Assembly: GCA_965240325.2 (NCBI GenBank)
Contig: OZ251234.1
Coordinates: 1,550,001-1,614,000, forward strand
Direction: 5' to 3'
From: Rebecca billardiae RCC1528
Taxonomy: Eukaryota > Protista > Haptophyta
Length of the DNA: 64,000 bases
The position numbers and the translations under genes are program-made. How positions within the stretch are numbered: position 1 is the first letter of the stretch; each line of letters starts with the position of its first letter. This document shows, in pieces, positions 1-11,529 of the stretch. The notes under the pieces were generated by a model. It saw only the letters and a program-made list of their open reading frames with translations, had not been told where the DNA came from and ran no database searches.

Positions 1-128
1 GCGAACGCGAGCCACACGCCCCGCGCGCGCAGCCGCAAACCGCCTTCCATCGCGGCGAGGCGCGCAGATCGGAGCCGCGAGCTGAGCGAACGGCGATTCG
101 GCGATGGCGGACCCGCGGCCGGGTGTTC

Positions 129-1067
129 ATGCGCGGAATCTCGGATCTCGACGTGGGAATGGCGCGCTCCAAGCTGCACACAGCGTACGACCTCCTCGGC
201 GTGCGCGAGGGCGCGAGCGACGACGAGCTCAAGTCGGCGTACCGCTCGCTGGCCAAGCGGCTACACCCGGATGTGTACGTGCACGACGGCCTGGAGGAGG
301 ACCATCCATGGCTCCCCGTCTCACGCGCGTACGCGCTGCTCACGGACGAGCGCCGCCGGTTTGTGTACGACCAGATGGTGCTGGAGGCGCGTGTGATGCG
401 GCTGGCTGACCCCGAGCGCTTCGAGCGCTGGTTCGAGGGGCACGTCAACGTTGACTACGAGCGCGGCATCGTGTACCGCGGCAGCGACGTCCTGCACAGG
501 ATGGGCGAGGGCGAGCGGTTCGTCATCCGTCACCGGCACGCGCTCGGCTGGGCGCTCACAGGCGCGCTCGTCGGCGGCTTCGCCGCGCGCACGGCATGGG
601 GCTGGCGGCCAGCGCCGGCGGTCGATGACGCCGCCGCCACCGAGGCGCGCGAGGACCCCGCGCGTGTGCGCCGCGAGCGCACCGCCTTCATCGGCGGCCT
701 GCTGAGCGGCACAGGCGCGGCCACTGGCTGGGCGCTCTACCTGCCGCCCGCGAGATCGTGGCGGGGCGGGGCGCTGGTGGGCGGCTCGTCGGTGCTCGCC
801 GCGGCGGCGGGGCACCTGAGTCTCCGCCCGCTATTCGTCGCCGCCGCGGGGCACGAGCCTCGCCAAGCGGATGAGCCCCTCGTTGTGAGCGCGCACGCAA
901 ACAGTCGGCGCACGCACCAGGCAGCGGGCGTGGCGCTCGGCGCGCTGCACGGCCTTCTCGGCGCGCGCCCGCTGGCGCTCGGGTACGGGCGCGTGGCGGC
1001 GTGCGCGGCGATGGGCTGGCTATCCGGCTCCCTGGCGGACAGCCTGCTCGCGCGGCTGCCCGTCTAG
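129..1067 (+). CDS. DnaJ (J-domain) protein with C-terminal hydrophobic/TM segments
   Basis: J-domain pattern YDLLGV...ELKSAYRSLAKRLHPD...AYALLTDERRRFVYD with HPD motif. Gly/Ala-rich hydrophobic helices follow. First ATG at 129. Confidence 0.85.
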   Translation: MRGISDLDVGMARSKLHTAYDLLGVREGASDDELKSAYRSLAKRLHPDVYVHDGLEEDHPWLPVSRAYALLTDERRRFVYDQMVLEARVMRLADPERFERWFEGHVNVDYERGIVYRGSDVLHRMGEGERFVIRHRHALGWALTGALVGGFAARTAWGWRPAPAVDDAAATEAREDPARVRRERTAFIGGLLSGTGAATGWALYLPPARSWRGGALVGGSSVLAAAAGHLSLRPLFVAAAGHEPRQADEPLVVSAHANSRRTHQAAGVALGALHGLLGARPLALGYGRVAACAAMGWLSGSLADSLLARLPV

Positions 1068-1074
1068 CGCCAGC

Positions 1075-1128
1075 GGCGATGACTGTTACTCGACACAAGT
1101 AGGCGATGACTGTTACTCGACACAAGTA
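1075..1128. repeat. 27-bp perfect tandem duplication in the DnaJ 3' region
   Basis: ggcgatgactgttactcgacacaagta occurs at 1075-1101 and 1102-1128. Confidence 0.95.
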
Positions 1129-3096
1129 GCCAATGCTGTAGCAGCAGGCGCGTGCGCGACGCCGCGTCGGGGCCGCGTGCCAGTAGTTACTACGTATCTC
1201 GCCTGCCTGGGCTGTCGTGTGGGTCTCTTATTCTGCTTAGCTGAGTTAGCAATAATTTAATAATTATAAGCTGTCTAGGACTAGGAGTGTTGACGACATC
1301 CAGGTGCAGCACCCTCACGTCCGGCTCCCCGTGTGGTGTCAGAGCGCGCTCCCGAGCGCGTGCCTCCGAGCGCGGGGCGGCCGCTTGCTGCAACTTTGGC
1401 CGCCTCGATGAGGTGCGGCAACGCGCCCCTCACCTGCCTGCGCCGGTCTGTTTTGTGGCGGTGTCTTTGTGCAGTGTTGGATGGCGTTAATCACGCCTTA
1501 ACCAAGTGTGCACCGTTAAAACATAGTAAACTGTAATACTGCTACTCCCGACTCCGTCACTTCCGTGAGTAGTACAGCAGTATTCACCGCTCCTAAGAGC
1601 CACCGATCAGTCTGATGAGGCGGCAAGGGCGGGCGCCTATTGTAGTCAAGATTCTGACCGCGTTACACTAAAAATATTATAAAACGTCGTGCTCTTCCTC
1701 AGGGCGGCATGGGGCATGACAACCGCAACCGGGGCAGGTGTCAGAATCAGCAAGCAGTAGATAGCAGCAGATCGGGCAGCAGGGACAAACACCAGGACCA
1801 GCGCTCTTCGCCGTCGTGCCCCCGGCCCCTGGCCCTCGTAGTCGCAGGCTATCACTCCATCGCCGGGCGGATAAGCCCGCGTCGTCACTCGTCAGCACCG
1901 TCTGTCACAGTCAGTGTCAATCGGTCACGACGTGCGCGCGCCACCGCGGTGGTTGCGGTGCCAAGCGTCGTCAGCCATCGCCTCGGAGTAGTCGTCATGC
2001 GCAGCGCCCCCGCGGGCGCGTGCCCCCGGGCGCACGTGCACCATGCGCGCGCGAGCGAGGACCAGTCAGGCTACAGTATATACGGAGTCAAGTGACGTAC
2101 CACTGCACCATGCTCAGACGCCACTCCGACTGGCAGTGTGATGGCACCATTGCTCTGTGCTTACTCCTCACTGTCACCCGGTGCCGTGGGGACATGACTC
2201 CGTCCGATCGCCGCGCACCCGGACGCAGCATACAGGGCCGCAGCGGCAAGCTCAAGGCGCAGCTGCCTCCCACGTGGACGGAATCAGTACCACCACGGAA
2301 GCTACAAACCGGTGTGCTGCAGCTGTCGAGCTCGCGCGTGACCTCACCTGCCCGCCACGGGTGCTGCCTCGCTGCGCCCGGTCCGAGAGCCGCCACGAAC
2401 ACTCCGCGACACGTGCGCGCCGTGCGATCGGGTCGCGTGCCGAGTATGCCGCTGGTTGGACGGCAAGACTCATGCACGCGCAAGTGACAGAGTGCCCATT
2501 GCGCTGCTGACCCGCTGGGCCACCCTGGGGCAGCGCCTTGCGGGCACGGTCCAGCGGACGGTGCGGGCGGAGGAGAGCACGCGGGGCAGAGCCGACAATG
2601 AAGGGGTGCAATGCGGCATGACGCCGGCCCGCGGCGACGGCCTGGCCGGGGTGGTCCGTGGTCGTGGTCGCTGCGACAAGCGAGGGGGTGGTCGCTGCCT
2701 GCACAGACTACCCGTACTTACTTGTCGTTCGAAGCTGATTGGAGTACCAATGACAGCCGGTGTGCTTATGGGAGCACGGGAAGCCTCTTCAGCTGAACGG
2801 CTATCTATCGGCTCCCCTTGCCGCTCAGCGAGGCCGTGTAGCAGCGAGGGCAACCGTCGAATTGCGCTTAGATGTACTCTGGGGAACCGGCGGGAAGGAG
2901 ACGCGAAGGTCGGGAACTGTTCCGAAACCAAGTTTGATAGGAGGCCCCTGTTGGTCCTCCTATTGGCTCCTAACTCGGGCGTTTGCATCTACCCGTGTGT
3001 GACTGGGTGTCCGAAGTGTGCCCATCGCCGTGGCCTGACTTGACTTCGTGGACACCGGCCGCTCCCCCCCCCCCGTCCGAGCTACCGACGAGCGCA

Positions 3097-4026
3097 ATGT
3101 CCGTGCAGCTATGGAGTGTTCCCATCGCGTCCATCTTCGCTCGCGAGTTCATGGAGGCGACTATCATCATCGGCAACTTCCGCACCCTCGTCAAGCGCGC
3201 GGACTGGGATGAGGCTCGCAAAACGGCCGCGCACCGTGAGATTTGGGTGTCGTCGTTCATCGCCTTCTTCGTCGCCTTCCTCGCGATCCTCGGGCTTGGC
3301 ATCGGTCTCAGCCAGGCGGGCCAGGGGCTGTCGAAGTACTGGGTGCACATCATCGAGGGTATCTCCAAGATGGTCGCGGGGATTGCGATCGCGGCGCTGT
3401 CGCTCAAGGTGCCGTTCTGGCTCGGCATCTACCGCAACAAGAAGGAGGAGGAGAAGCACGCGCAGGAGGACGCAAAGGTGGTGGAGAAGTTCAAGATGAG
3501 CGCCTCCGAGCTGCGCTTCAACATCATCTGGAACGTGTGGCGCGAGATGGCCGAGACGGGCGCGTTCCTCATCCCCGCCTTCCTCAACGGCAACGAGCTC
3601 GCCATCCCACTCTCGGGCGTGATCGGCGTCGCGATCGGCGTCGCGCTCGGCCTCTCGATCTACTTCGGCAACAAGCACCTGAAGGAGAAGAAGTACCTGG
3701 CGGCGTTCATGGCGGTGTTCCTCGGCTGCCTCGCCTCCGGGCTCTTCACCGGCGGCATCCAGTACATCGAGCTGGAGACGTGGGGAAGGTCGCGCACGGC
3801 CTTTGTCTTTCCGAACGCGTACGCGCACTGGAAGCTGCCCTTCACGCTGCTCAAGCCGTTCGGGTACTACAGCAACCCGTCCGTGCTCATGATCGGCGTG
3901 TACTGGGCGTACGCCTTCTTGATCGCGTGCGGCCACGCGTTCTTCCTCTTCCAGAAGAGGCAGATCGAGAAGGAGGAGGCGAAGATGGTCGGGGCCGGGA
4001 TCCAGCCGGCGGCGGCGGAGGTCTGA
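3097..4026 (+). CDS. FTR1: FTR1/EfeU-family high-affinity iron permease
   Basis: Two RExxE motifs (REFME, REMAE), about 7 hydrophobic helices, strong coding codon bias, ATG at 3097. Confidence 0.9.
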   Translation: MSVQLWSVPIASIFAREFMEATIIIGNFRTLVKRADWDEARKTAAHREIWVSSFIAFFVAFLAILGLGIGLSQAGQGLSKYWVHIIEGISKMVAGIAIAALSLKVPFWLGIYRNKKEEEKHAQEDAKVVEKFKMSASELRFNIIWNVWREMAETGAFLIPAFLNGNELAIPLSGVIGVAIGVALGLSIYFGNKHLKEKKYLAAFMAVFLGCLASGLFTGGIQYIELETWGRSRTAFVFPNAYAHWKLPFTLLKPFGYYSNPSVLMIGVYWAYAFLIACGHAFFLFQKRQIEKEEAKMVGAGIQPAAAEV

Positions 4027-4551
4027 TCTGGCGGATCAGAACCGCGCCGATGCAGAGGCCGAACGGGCGACGTGACGTCTGTGAGGTCTAGCATGCTGCC
4101 GCGTGCGCACGCGGCAAAGCGCCGCCGCATGTGCGTGCCATAAGGCCGCGCGCAGCAGTCGATTGCGACTCGTGCGACGCCGCAGTCTTTGTGCAGGACG
4201 CTCTCGGCGCGGTGGAGTGGCCGAGCCCGAGTTACACTTGTAACAGAGTCTCATTCGACTCTGAGTCCGACGATGTCTGACTGACTATTCAGACAACGCC
4301 CCTGCCTCAGTGATTGTATAGAGGATACGATGATGATGACGACGACTCAAGACGATCGGAGTGGCCCGAATCGGGCCGGGGCCGTGGGCCGCCCGTGTGG
4401 CATGCCGTCGTCGTCGATCCGCGCTCCGTCGCCAGCGCGGCTGAGAAAAAGTCTGACCGTGCCAGTAGTTCCACACGACCGCACGCGGATTCCCCGCGGA
4501 CCCCCCGGCCCCGCGTACCACCGCCCGTCGGGAGGCTCCGCCCCGACGCGC

Positions 4552-7500
4552 TCAGCCCCCGCGCGCGGCCCCGCCGGACGCCGCGTGCGAGTGCCCGTCC
4601 GAGCCATGCCGCGAGACGTGACTGGCCGGGCTGCCCTCGACCGCGCGGTGCGCGAGCTCGCGCAGCAGCCGGTCGGCCGGGAGCTCTGAGCCGTCCGCGC
4701 AGAGCGGCAGGCCCTCCGCGTGCGAGGCGTGCGCGCGGCTGGCCACGTCGAGCTCGGCGCACGCCTGCAGCAGCCGCGCGCGCAGCTCGGGCTCGCCGCT
4801 GCTCTCGTCCAGCGGCGGGAAATCGTCCGGCCGCGCCAGCCTGTGCTTGTGCCTCACAAGGGCGACGAGCGCGCGCGGCCGCGCAATGAGCAACTCTGCC
4901 GCGTCGTCGCCCGAGCCCGACGCGGCGGCGCGCGGCGGCGCGTGCAGCGCGCCGGTGGGCGCGGCGGCCGCCTCGCCCGCGGCGGCGGTCGCGCCGCCAC
5001 CCACCGCGCCCAGGTGCGGCGGCGGCCAGGCGGGCGTCGCGCGCAGCGCATCGAGCGCGGCCGTGTCGGCCGCGCCTGCGGGCGCGGCGCGCTCGGCGGG
5101 CTCTGCGTCGGCCGCGCCCTCCGCCGCGCCGCCGGCGACGATGGTTGGCCCGCCACCGGCCGAGCGAAGCCGCACGGGAGGCAGCGGCGCCGGGGCGACG
5201 CGCGCGCCCTCCGCGGCCGCGGGGGGCACGGCGGGCAGCGAGGCCGCGAGCGAGAAGCCAGCGGGCGCGGCGGGCGGCGGCTGCGTGCGCGCCGCCGGCA
5301 GCGGCAGGCTTCCGCCGAGCGCCGCGCCCGCCGCGGCCTCGTCGGCTCTGGCGCGCGCGCTCGCACTCACAAGGAGTTCGAGTGTGCGCGCGGCGCCCGC
5401 CGCCGGCTGCGTGGCGGTGAGGACGGCGCGGCCCAGGGCGTGGAGCGAGCCGAGCTCCAGCGCCGCGCGCGCGGCGTGCGCGTGCGAGCCGCGCGCGCCG
5501 CCGCCACCGCCCGCCGCCCCCGCCGCCGGCGCGTGCACCAACGGCGGCAGCTCACAGACGACGGCGCTGTCGCCAGCGGCCGCGCACGCCGCCGCCGCGA
5601 GCGACTCGGAGGCGGCAAGCCAGAAGCGAACGTCCGCGCTCCACTGCGGCGCGCGCGCGCGCGACGGGTCCGCGCCGCGCGCGAGGTGCGCGCCGAGCAG
5701 CGCCTCGCCCGTGCGCGCGAGCAGCAGCAGCACCGCCAGCGCCGCGTCCGCGGGCGCGAGCGCGCGCGCCGCGTCCCGCGCGTGCAGTCGCGTCGCGACC
5801 GCCCACGCGCGCGCGCCGTCAGACACGGCGCCTGGCTTGGGGAAGGGGCGGAAGGAGGCCCAGCCGGCGTGCGTGCGCACGCTCGCGCACGCTGTGAGCG
5901 CGAGCGAGGCCGCCGCCGCGTCGACGAACGCGCCGATCGCCGCGCGCATGCCCGTGCGCAGCGCGCCGAGCGCGCCGTGCACCGGCTCTGCCCATGGGGG
6001 CGGTGCGCCCTCGCGCGCGGCGCCGCCCGCGCCCGCGGCGTGTGCGCGCGCGCTGAGCGCGCCCGCGTCCGCCGGCACGCGCAGCGCGCGCGCCGTGCGC
6101 TCCACCACGTGCGCCAGCGTGCCCGCGACGAGCAGCCCGTCCTGCGGCCGCGCGGGCGCCTCGGCCGCGCGCGCGCGCTGCGCCTGAAGCAGCGCATCGG
6201 CGTGCGCGCCGTAGCCTCTCAGCAGCCCGCCCACTGCGACGCCGACGGCCGGTGCGAGGGCTTCGAGCGCGTCAGTGCGCGCGCCCGCGAGCAGCAGCCA
6301 CTCGAGGTCGGGCAGCGCCTTCGCGCACGACGCGAGCACGCGCTCGGGCGCCCACGCGGGCGCGGCGCCGGCCGAGCCTGCCGCCGCACCGCCGGGCGGC
6401 GCCGGCTGCACGCCGCCGCCCGCCGGCGCTGCCAGCTCCGCGCTCGCGCGCGAGGCGCGCGCCGGGCGGCCGAGCGCGCTCGGGAGCGGCGGGCCCGCGT
6501 CCGCGGCGGCGGAGCGCAGCGCGGGCGGTGGCACGCGGACGCGACCGGCCGGCTCAGGCCCGCCCGCGCCCGCCGCCCGCGCCATCGCCGCCGCCGGGTC
6601 AGCCGCGCTGCCGCCGGCCGCAGGCGCCACCACGAGCACCCGGCGGCCGCGCTCGGCCGGCGGCGTCGCGGCGAGCGTCGCCCGCGGCGCGGCAGAGATG
6701 CGCGGCGGCGAGCGGCGAGGGAGGCAGAGCCAGCGGCGGACGCCGCGCGCGGCCGAGGCGCCGGGGCGCGCGCCGGGCGACGACGCGTGCCCCAGCCGCT
6801 CGGAGAGCCGGAGGCGCGGCACCGCGGCGGCGGCGCCGCCGCTGCCACTGCCGCTGCCACTGCCGCGCCGGCCGCCAGGCGCGGCCGCGCCGGCCGCGGC
6901 ACCGCCCACGCTGGCCGGCGGCTGCGCGCGCTCGGCGGCGGCGTGCGGCGGCGGCTGCGTGTCGCTGTCGCGCCAGCCCGAGCGCAGCGCGACGAGGTGC
7001 TCGTGCAGCGCCTGCTCCAGCGCGCGCAGCACCTCAGGCCCCACCTGCAGCAGGCCAAGCCGGAGCTCGGCCGCCGAGCCCGCGCCGACGGCGCGCGCCA
7101 CGCGCGCCTCCGCGCGCTGTACTCGCTGGCAGAGCGGCACGACGAGGCGCCACAGCGGCACCGCCGTCGCCGAGCCGAAGGCCGCCTCGGGCGTCGTGGC
7201 GGGCGCCACGCGCGCCGCGCTGCCCTCCGCCGGCGCGCCCTCCGCCGGCGCGGGCAGCTCGCCCGACTCTCGGCGCGCGCGCAGTGTCCGCTCCGCAGCG
7301 GCATACGCGCCGCCCGCCTCGGCCGCGGCGGCGGGGAGGATGGCGTCGAGCGCGGCGCCGGCGAGCGCGGTATACCGCGCGAGGCCGAACGCGCCCGCCC
7401 GCTCGCGCGCGCCCAGCGCGCTCGCGAACGGCCCGCCCGCCGCGAGCAGCGGCTCGTCCGCCGCGGCCGTGCGCACGAGCACACGTTCGTAGTCGACCAG

Positions 7501-7989
7501 AGCGCTCACCGCGTTGTTGAGCGCGTCCGTGGGCGCGGGGCTGCCGTGCTGCGCCCAGCGCTGCTTGCGGTGCGCGTCGGCCACTTCGGTCGCCTCGTCG
7601 ATGTGCCGCCGGCGCAGCTGCACGTACGACGGCCACGCGTCGCGCGCGCCCGCGACAATCACGAGCGCGAGCGTGAGCGCATGAACCCGCTCCGTGTCGC
7701 GAGCGGGCGTGGCGAGCAGCCGCTCGACGAGTGCGGTGCGCAGCGCGGAGGCGTGCTGGTCGGAGACGCGCAGCGCCGTCGTCGACGACGCGCTCGGCGC
7801 GGGCGCGTTCGCCGCGCCGAACACGTGCTGCAGCGGCGGCAGAGCCGTCGGCAGCCGCCCATAGCTCGCATGCGGCGTGAGCGCACTATGCCACGTGCGC
7901 AGCCGCTCGAGCGCGGCGTGCACGTCGTCTTCGGCGAGGAGCCGTAAGACCGCCTCTGCCTGCGCGGCGTCGCCCCCGTCAGCCGCCAT
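4552..7989 (-). CDS. Large Ala-rich protein, possible KIAA0825/DUF4495-like
   Basis: Long ORF with MAADGG start at 7989. Segments 'HAGWASFRPF' and 'PSRARAPQWSADV' resemble KIAA0825 motifs from memory. Cryptic in-frame introns are not excluded. Confidence 0.55.
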   Translation of the reverse strand: MAADGGDAAQAEAVLRLLAEDDVHAALERLRTWHSALTPHASYGRLPTALPPLQHVFGAANAPAPSASSTTALRVSDQHASALRTALVERLLATPARDTERVHALTLALVIVAGARDAWPSYVQLRRRHIDEATEVADAHRKQRWAQHGSPAPTDALNNAVSALVDYERVLVRTAAADEPLLAAGGPFASALGARERAGAFGLARYTALAGAALDAILPAAAAEAGGAYAAAERTLRARRESGELPAPAEGAPAEGSAARVAPATTPEAAFGSATAVPLWRLVVPLCQRVQRAEARVARAVGAGSAAELRLGLLQVGPEVLRALEQALHEHLVALRSGWRDSDTQPPPHAAAERAQPPASVGGAAAGAAAPGGRRGSGSGSGSGGAAAAVPRLRLSERLGHASSPGARPGASAARGVRRWLCLPRRSPPRISAAPRATLAATPPAERGRRVLVVAPAAGGSAADPAAAMARAAGAGGPEPAGRVRVPPPALRSAAADAGPPLPSALGRPARASRASAELAAPAGGGVQPAPPGGAAAGSAGAAPAWAPERVLASCAKALPDLEWLLLAGARTDALEALAPAVGVAVGGLLRGYGAHADALLQAQRARAAEAPARPQDGLLVAGTLAHVVERTARALRVPADAGALSARAHAAGAGGAAREGAPPPWAEPVHGALGALRTGMRAAIGAFVDAAAASLALTACASVRTHAGWASFRPFPKPGAVSDGARAWAVATRLHARDAARALAPADAALAVLLLLARTGEALLGAHLARGADPSRARAPQWSADVRFWLAASESLAAAACAAAGDSAVVCELPPLVHAPAAGAAGGGGGARGSHAHAARAALELGSLHALGRAVLTATQPAAGAARTLELLVSASARARADEAAAGAALGGSLPLPAARTQPPPAAPAGFSLAASLPAVPPAAAEGARVAPAPLPPVRLRSAGGGPTIVAGGAAEGAADAEPAERAAPAGAADTAALDALRATPAWPPPHLGAVGGGATAAAGEAAAAPTGALHAPPRAAASGSGDDAAELLIARPRALVALVRHKHRLARPDDFPPLDESSGEPELRARLLQACAELDVASRAHASHAEGLPLCADGSELPADRLLRELAHRAVEGSPASHVSRHGSDGHSHAASGGAARGG

Positions 7990-8359
7990 CTGCGCCCGCG
8001 GTCGCGCCAGGCGCCGGCGGTGCAAACGTCGGCCAGCCGCGGGGGCAGCAAGGAGGAAGGGGCGGCCTCGATGAGCGTGCAAAGGCCGGCCCAGTCCATG
8101 CACTCGCCAGCGGGGGCAAGCGCGAGCGGCACGCGCTTGGGCAGAGCTGATCAAGAACGGTGCCGCTTCTCGTCGCGTCGGTGGCCACGAGATCACACTG
8201 TGTGCACCCTCTGACGTTCCAACTGCCTACACGGCGACTGCGTAACAATGCACACCCTCGGCGGAACGGCGCGTTTGTAGAAACACAAGCGGTGAGCAGG
8301 CTCCCAAGCGTACCGTAGCGCACGCGAGAATTAACGGCCGTGGCTTCGCCCCGCCCGCC

Positions 8360-10086
8360 ATGGCGGGTGCCGCGTCCAAGCAGGCGCGCGTCGGGCGCGC
8401 TGGGCCGCCGTCGGCGACCGCGGCGTCGGCGACGGGCGCACGGCTGGACGCACTGCGCGCGGTCGCGCTGCAGCAGCACCGCTTGCGCGAGCTCGGGCTC
8501 AACGGCCGGCAGCCTGGCGCGCGCACGGCGGGCGCGGCGCGGCGAGCGGCCGCGCACGATGGCGGCGGTGCCGCCGCGGGCGCGGGCGCCGAGGCGGAGG
8601 AAGAGGACGACGACGGATCGCCGGCGGAGCTGACACTCGCGCAGCGCATGGGGCTCGTCGAGGCGCCCGACCCCAAGCTCACCGACTCGGAGTGGGACGT
8701 GGTCGCCGCGCGCGCGCGCGAGCACGAGCGCGGCGCGGCGCCGTGCGCTATTTGCTGCGAGCCGTTCGCGACGCCGGGCGAGCAGGTGCTCCTCTCGTGC
8801 TCGCACGTGTTCCACCGCGTGTGCCTGCGCTCATGGGAGCGCCACTCCAAGCGGCGCACCTGCCCGTGCTGCCGCAAGGACCACTACCAGACGCGCGCGC
8901 TGCCGGACAGCGACGGACCCGCCCACTATCGAGCGCAGTGCGCGCGCGTGCTGCAGGCGTGCTGGCGGGGCTCGCGCGCGCGCGCGCTCGCGCGCGTCGA
9001 GCGCGCGCGCGCCGACCCGGCCGCGCTGCGCGCGTACTGCGCCGACCGCCTCGGCTCGCTCTCCGACGCGCTGCTGCGCCGCGTCTCGTCCGCGCACGGC
9101 GAGACCGCGGCGGCGATTGCAGAGCTCGACGCCGCCGCGGCCGCGCGCGGCGCGCTCTTCGCCGCCGTGCCCGCGGCCAGCGGGGCGCGGGCGGAGGGCG
9201 GCGAGGTGTGCGGCGCGTGCGACGCGGGCGCGTCGGCGCGCACCGGAGGCACCGGCTGGGCGTCGATCGCCGCGCGCGCGCGCGCGCGCGCGGCGAGCGA
9301 GAGTGTGCTGTGTGTCTGCAGCCGTGCGCGCTCGGCGCGGCCGGCGGCGGCGGCGCGGCCGGCGGCCGCGCGCGCGGCGCGGGGCGCGGCGTGAGCCTGC
9401 TGTCGTGCTCGCACGTGCTGCACACGCACTGCGTCGAGGCCTTCGAGGCGTTCGCGCTGCCCGGCGCGGCGGTGCACTGCCCAGAGTGCCGGGAGCTGTA
9501 CGCGCGCGTCCCACTGCCGCCCGCGCGGTCGCAACCGCCACCGCCACCGCCGCGGCCGGAGCCGCCGCCGCAACGCGGCGCCGCGCAAGGCGCCGCGTCG
9601 GCGCACGCCGCGCCCGCCGCCGCGCCGCCGGACACCGATTCGGACGAGCGCATCTCGGCCGCGGAGATCGAGCGGCTGCTCGAGGAGCGGCGGCGGCAGC
9701 AGCAGGGCCGCCCCACGGGCCTCGAGCTGGCGAGGGAACTCGTCGGGCTGGGCGGCGCCGAGGTGGCGGCGCGGCCGCGCGACGCGCGCGCTGCAGAGGC
9801 GGGCGTCGGCGCGCGCCGCGGCAGCTTCGGCGCGGGCGGCGCGAAGCGGGCACCCGCTGCAGCGCACGGCGGTCGCCCGCCGCCGCCGCGCGCCGGTGGC
9901 CGCGGGCGTGGTGGCGGCGGCCGTGCAGCCGGGCCGGTCCCGAGTGCGCCACCATCGTCCTCAGCCCTGGGACGCGGCCCTGGGAGCCAGCAGCCTAGGC
10001 CCCGGCCCACGCCGAGCGGCTCTGGCCGCGGCGCGGGCGCAGCCCGCGCGGGCGCGGCTGCACTGCCGCCGCCAGCCGGGCGGTGA
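8360..10086 (+). CDS. RNF32: RNF32-like protein (RING-H2, IQ, RING-H2) with an apparent frameshift in a (CG)n run at ~9271-9291
   Basis: RING1 CAICCEPF...LLSCSHVFHRVCL...CPCCR and IQ-like LQACWRG lie in the frame of 8360. RING2 CAVCLQP...LLSCSHVLHTHCV...CPECR lies in the frame of 8692. Confidence 0.85.
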
Positions 10087-10605
10087 GTGGATAAGCTATA
10101 GTCATGCGGCGATGACTTCGCGCATTATCGACTATCGGCCATCGACAGACTGTGTCTGTGACGACGACGTACCTTCGATCGATATGACTCAGAATCACAA
10201 GAGACAGTCACTCCGTCACTCGGGAGCCGCCTCCGAGGCGGACACGGGCCCGGTCCGGTCAGCCCGGCGGGACTCGGCTCCGATAGTACCGACTACCGTA
10301 CGGTCTAACTACCGGGGCGTTACGGTCCGTACGCGGTCACTGCTGCTGAGTGCTGTGTAGTCATCAGCTCATTCCGGCTCCGCTGCTCATCATCATCCGA
10401 GTCATCACGTCGACTGTCATCAGATATATCGATCGACGACATCATCACTCGTCTCGTACCATCAGACGCAGGCAGTGCCTCGGTCACCTCCGCCGGATTG
10501 TCAGTGTCACCGTGACACTCACACCGTCACCCGTCACCGACCTGTCCGAAGCTAGTGGCTCTGCTGGCCGCACTGGCTCATTAGGAGCCTGTAGCTTAGT
10601 GATTG

Positions 10606-11529
10606 TATTGGGATTACCGCAAGCTCCGAGCGTCTCGAGCCCTGCTAAAAGCTCACCGCGCACGACAGGACGGACGCCACCGCGAGGATCACATGCCTCG
10701 CGATCTCATCAGCTCTCAAGCCTCTGAACCTGGCCCTTATTTCCGGCGCTCTTGCGCCGGGCCAAAACAGCGATCGAGCTCCGATCGCTCCTGGGCTCGG
10801 GGCGGTAGTATCATCGCCGTGCCGACTTACCCAGATTTTGCCGCGATCAGCCAATCGGCGATCGCACCGTCCGTCCTGTTGCCGCTCAACTTTGTACCAC
10901 TGCTTCTCGTCCATGTCCGGTGCTGCTCACCTGCTTTCCTTGGACAAATCCAGTGTACCAGCATGACGCCCGCGCTGCTCCGCGCTGCTCCGCGCTGCTC
11001 CGCGCTGCTCCGCGCTGCTCCGCGCTGCTCCGCGCTGCTCCGCGCTGCTCCGCGCTGCTCCGCGCTGCTCCGCGCTGCTCCGCGCTGCTCCGCGCTGCTC
11101 CGCGCGCTCCGCGCTGCTCCGCGCTGCTCCGCGCTGCTCCGCGCTGCTCCGCGCGCCCCGCGCTGCTCCGCGCGCCCCGCGCTGCTCCGCGCTCCCGCGC
11201 CGCTGCGCCCGCGCTGCTCCGCGCCCGCGCCGCTGCGCCCGCGCTGCTCCGCGCTCGCGCGTCTGCTGCCGCGCGCGTCCTGGACGCGCGCGCTGCCAGC
11301 CACTGCTCCGCAGCAGCTGCTGCCGCCGGCCCGCCTGATGCGGCGCCAGCCCTGACACCCCAGCGGCAACGCCATCTGCTGAGATGCGTGCCCCAGACTG
11401 TGCCAGTTCATCCGCACTGCTGCTCTGCAGCAGCTGCGCCGCCGGTCTGCCTGCTGCAGCACCGGCCCTGACTCACCGCCGGCGACGCCATCTGCTGAGA
11501 TGCGCGCCCCTGGCCTCGTCAGCTCAACA
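10606..11529 (-). repeat. 3' LTR (924 bp) containing a (CGCGCTGCTC)n minisatellite
   Basis: Direct repeat of 14620-15563, with 13 perfect 10-mers at 10971-11100. Confidence 0.95.

Noticed and set aside
1612-1640. Hammerhead ribozyme (CTGATGA followed by a ggcg...cgcc stem)
   Set aside because: The required GAAA after stem II is absent (tatt follows).
4720-7947. 1075-aa plus-strand ORF and similar overlapping Arg/Ala-rich ORFs throughout the window
   Set aside because: These are shadow ORFs caused by stop-codon scarcity at very high GC.
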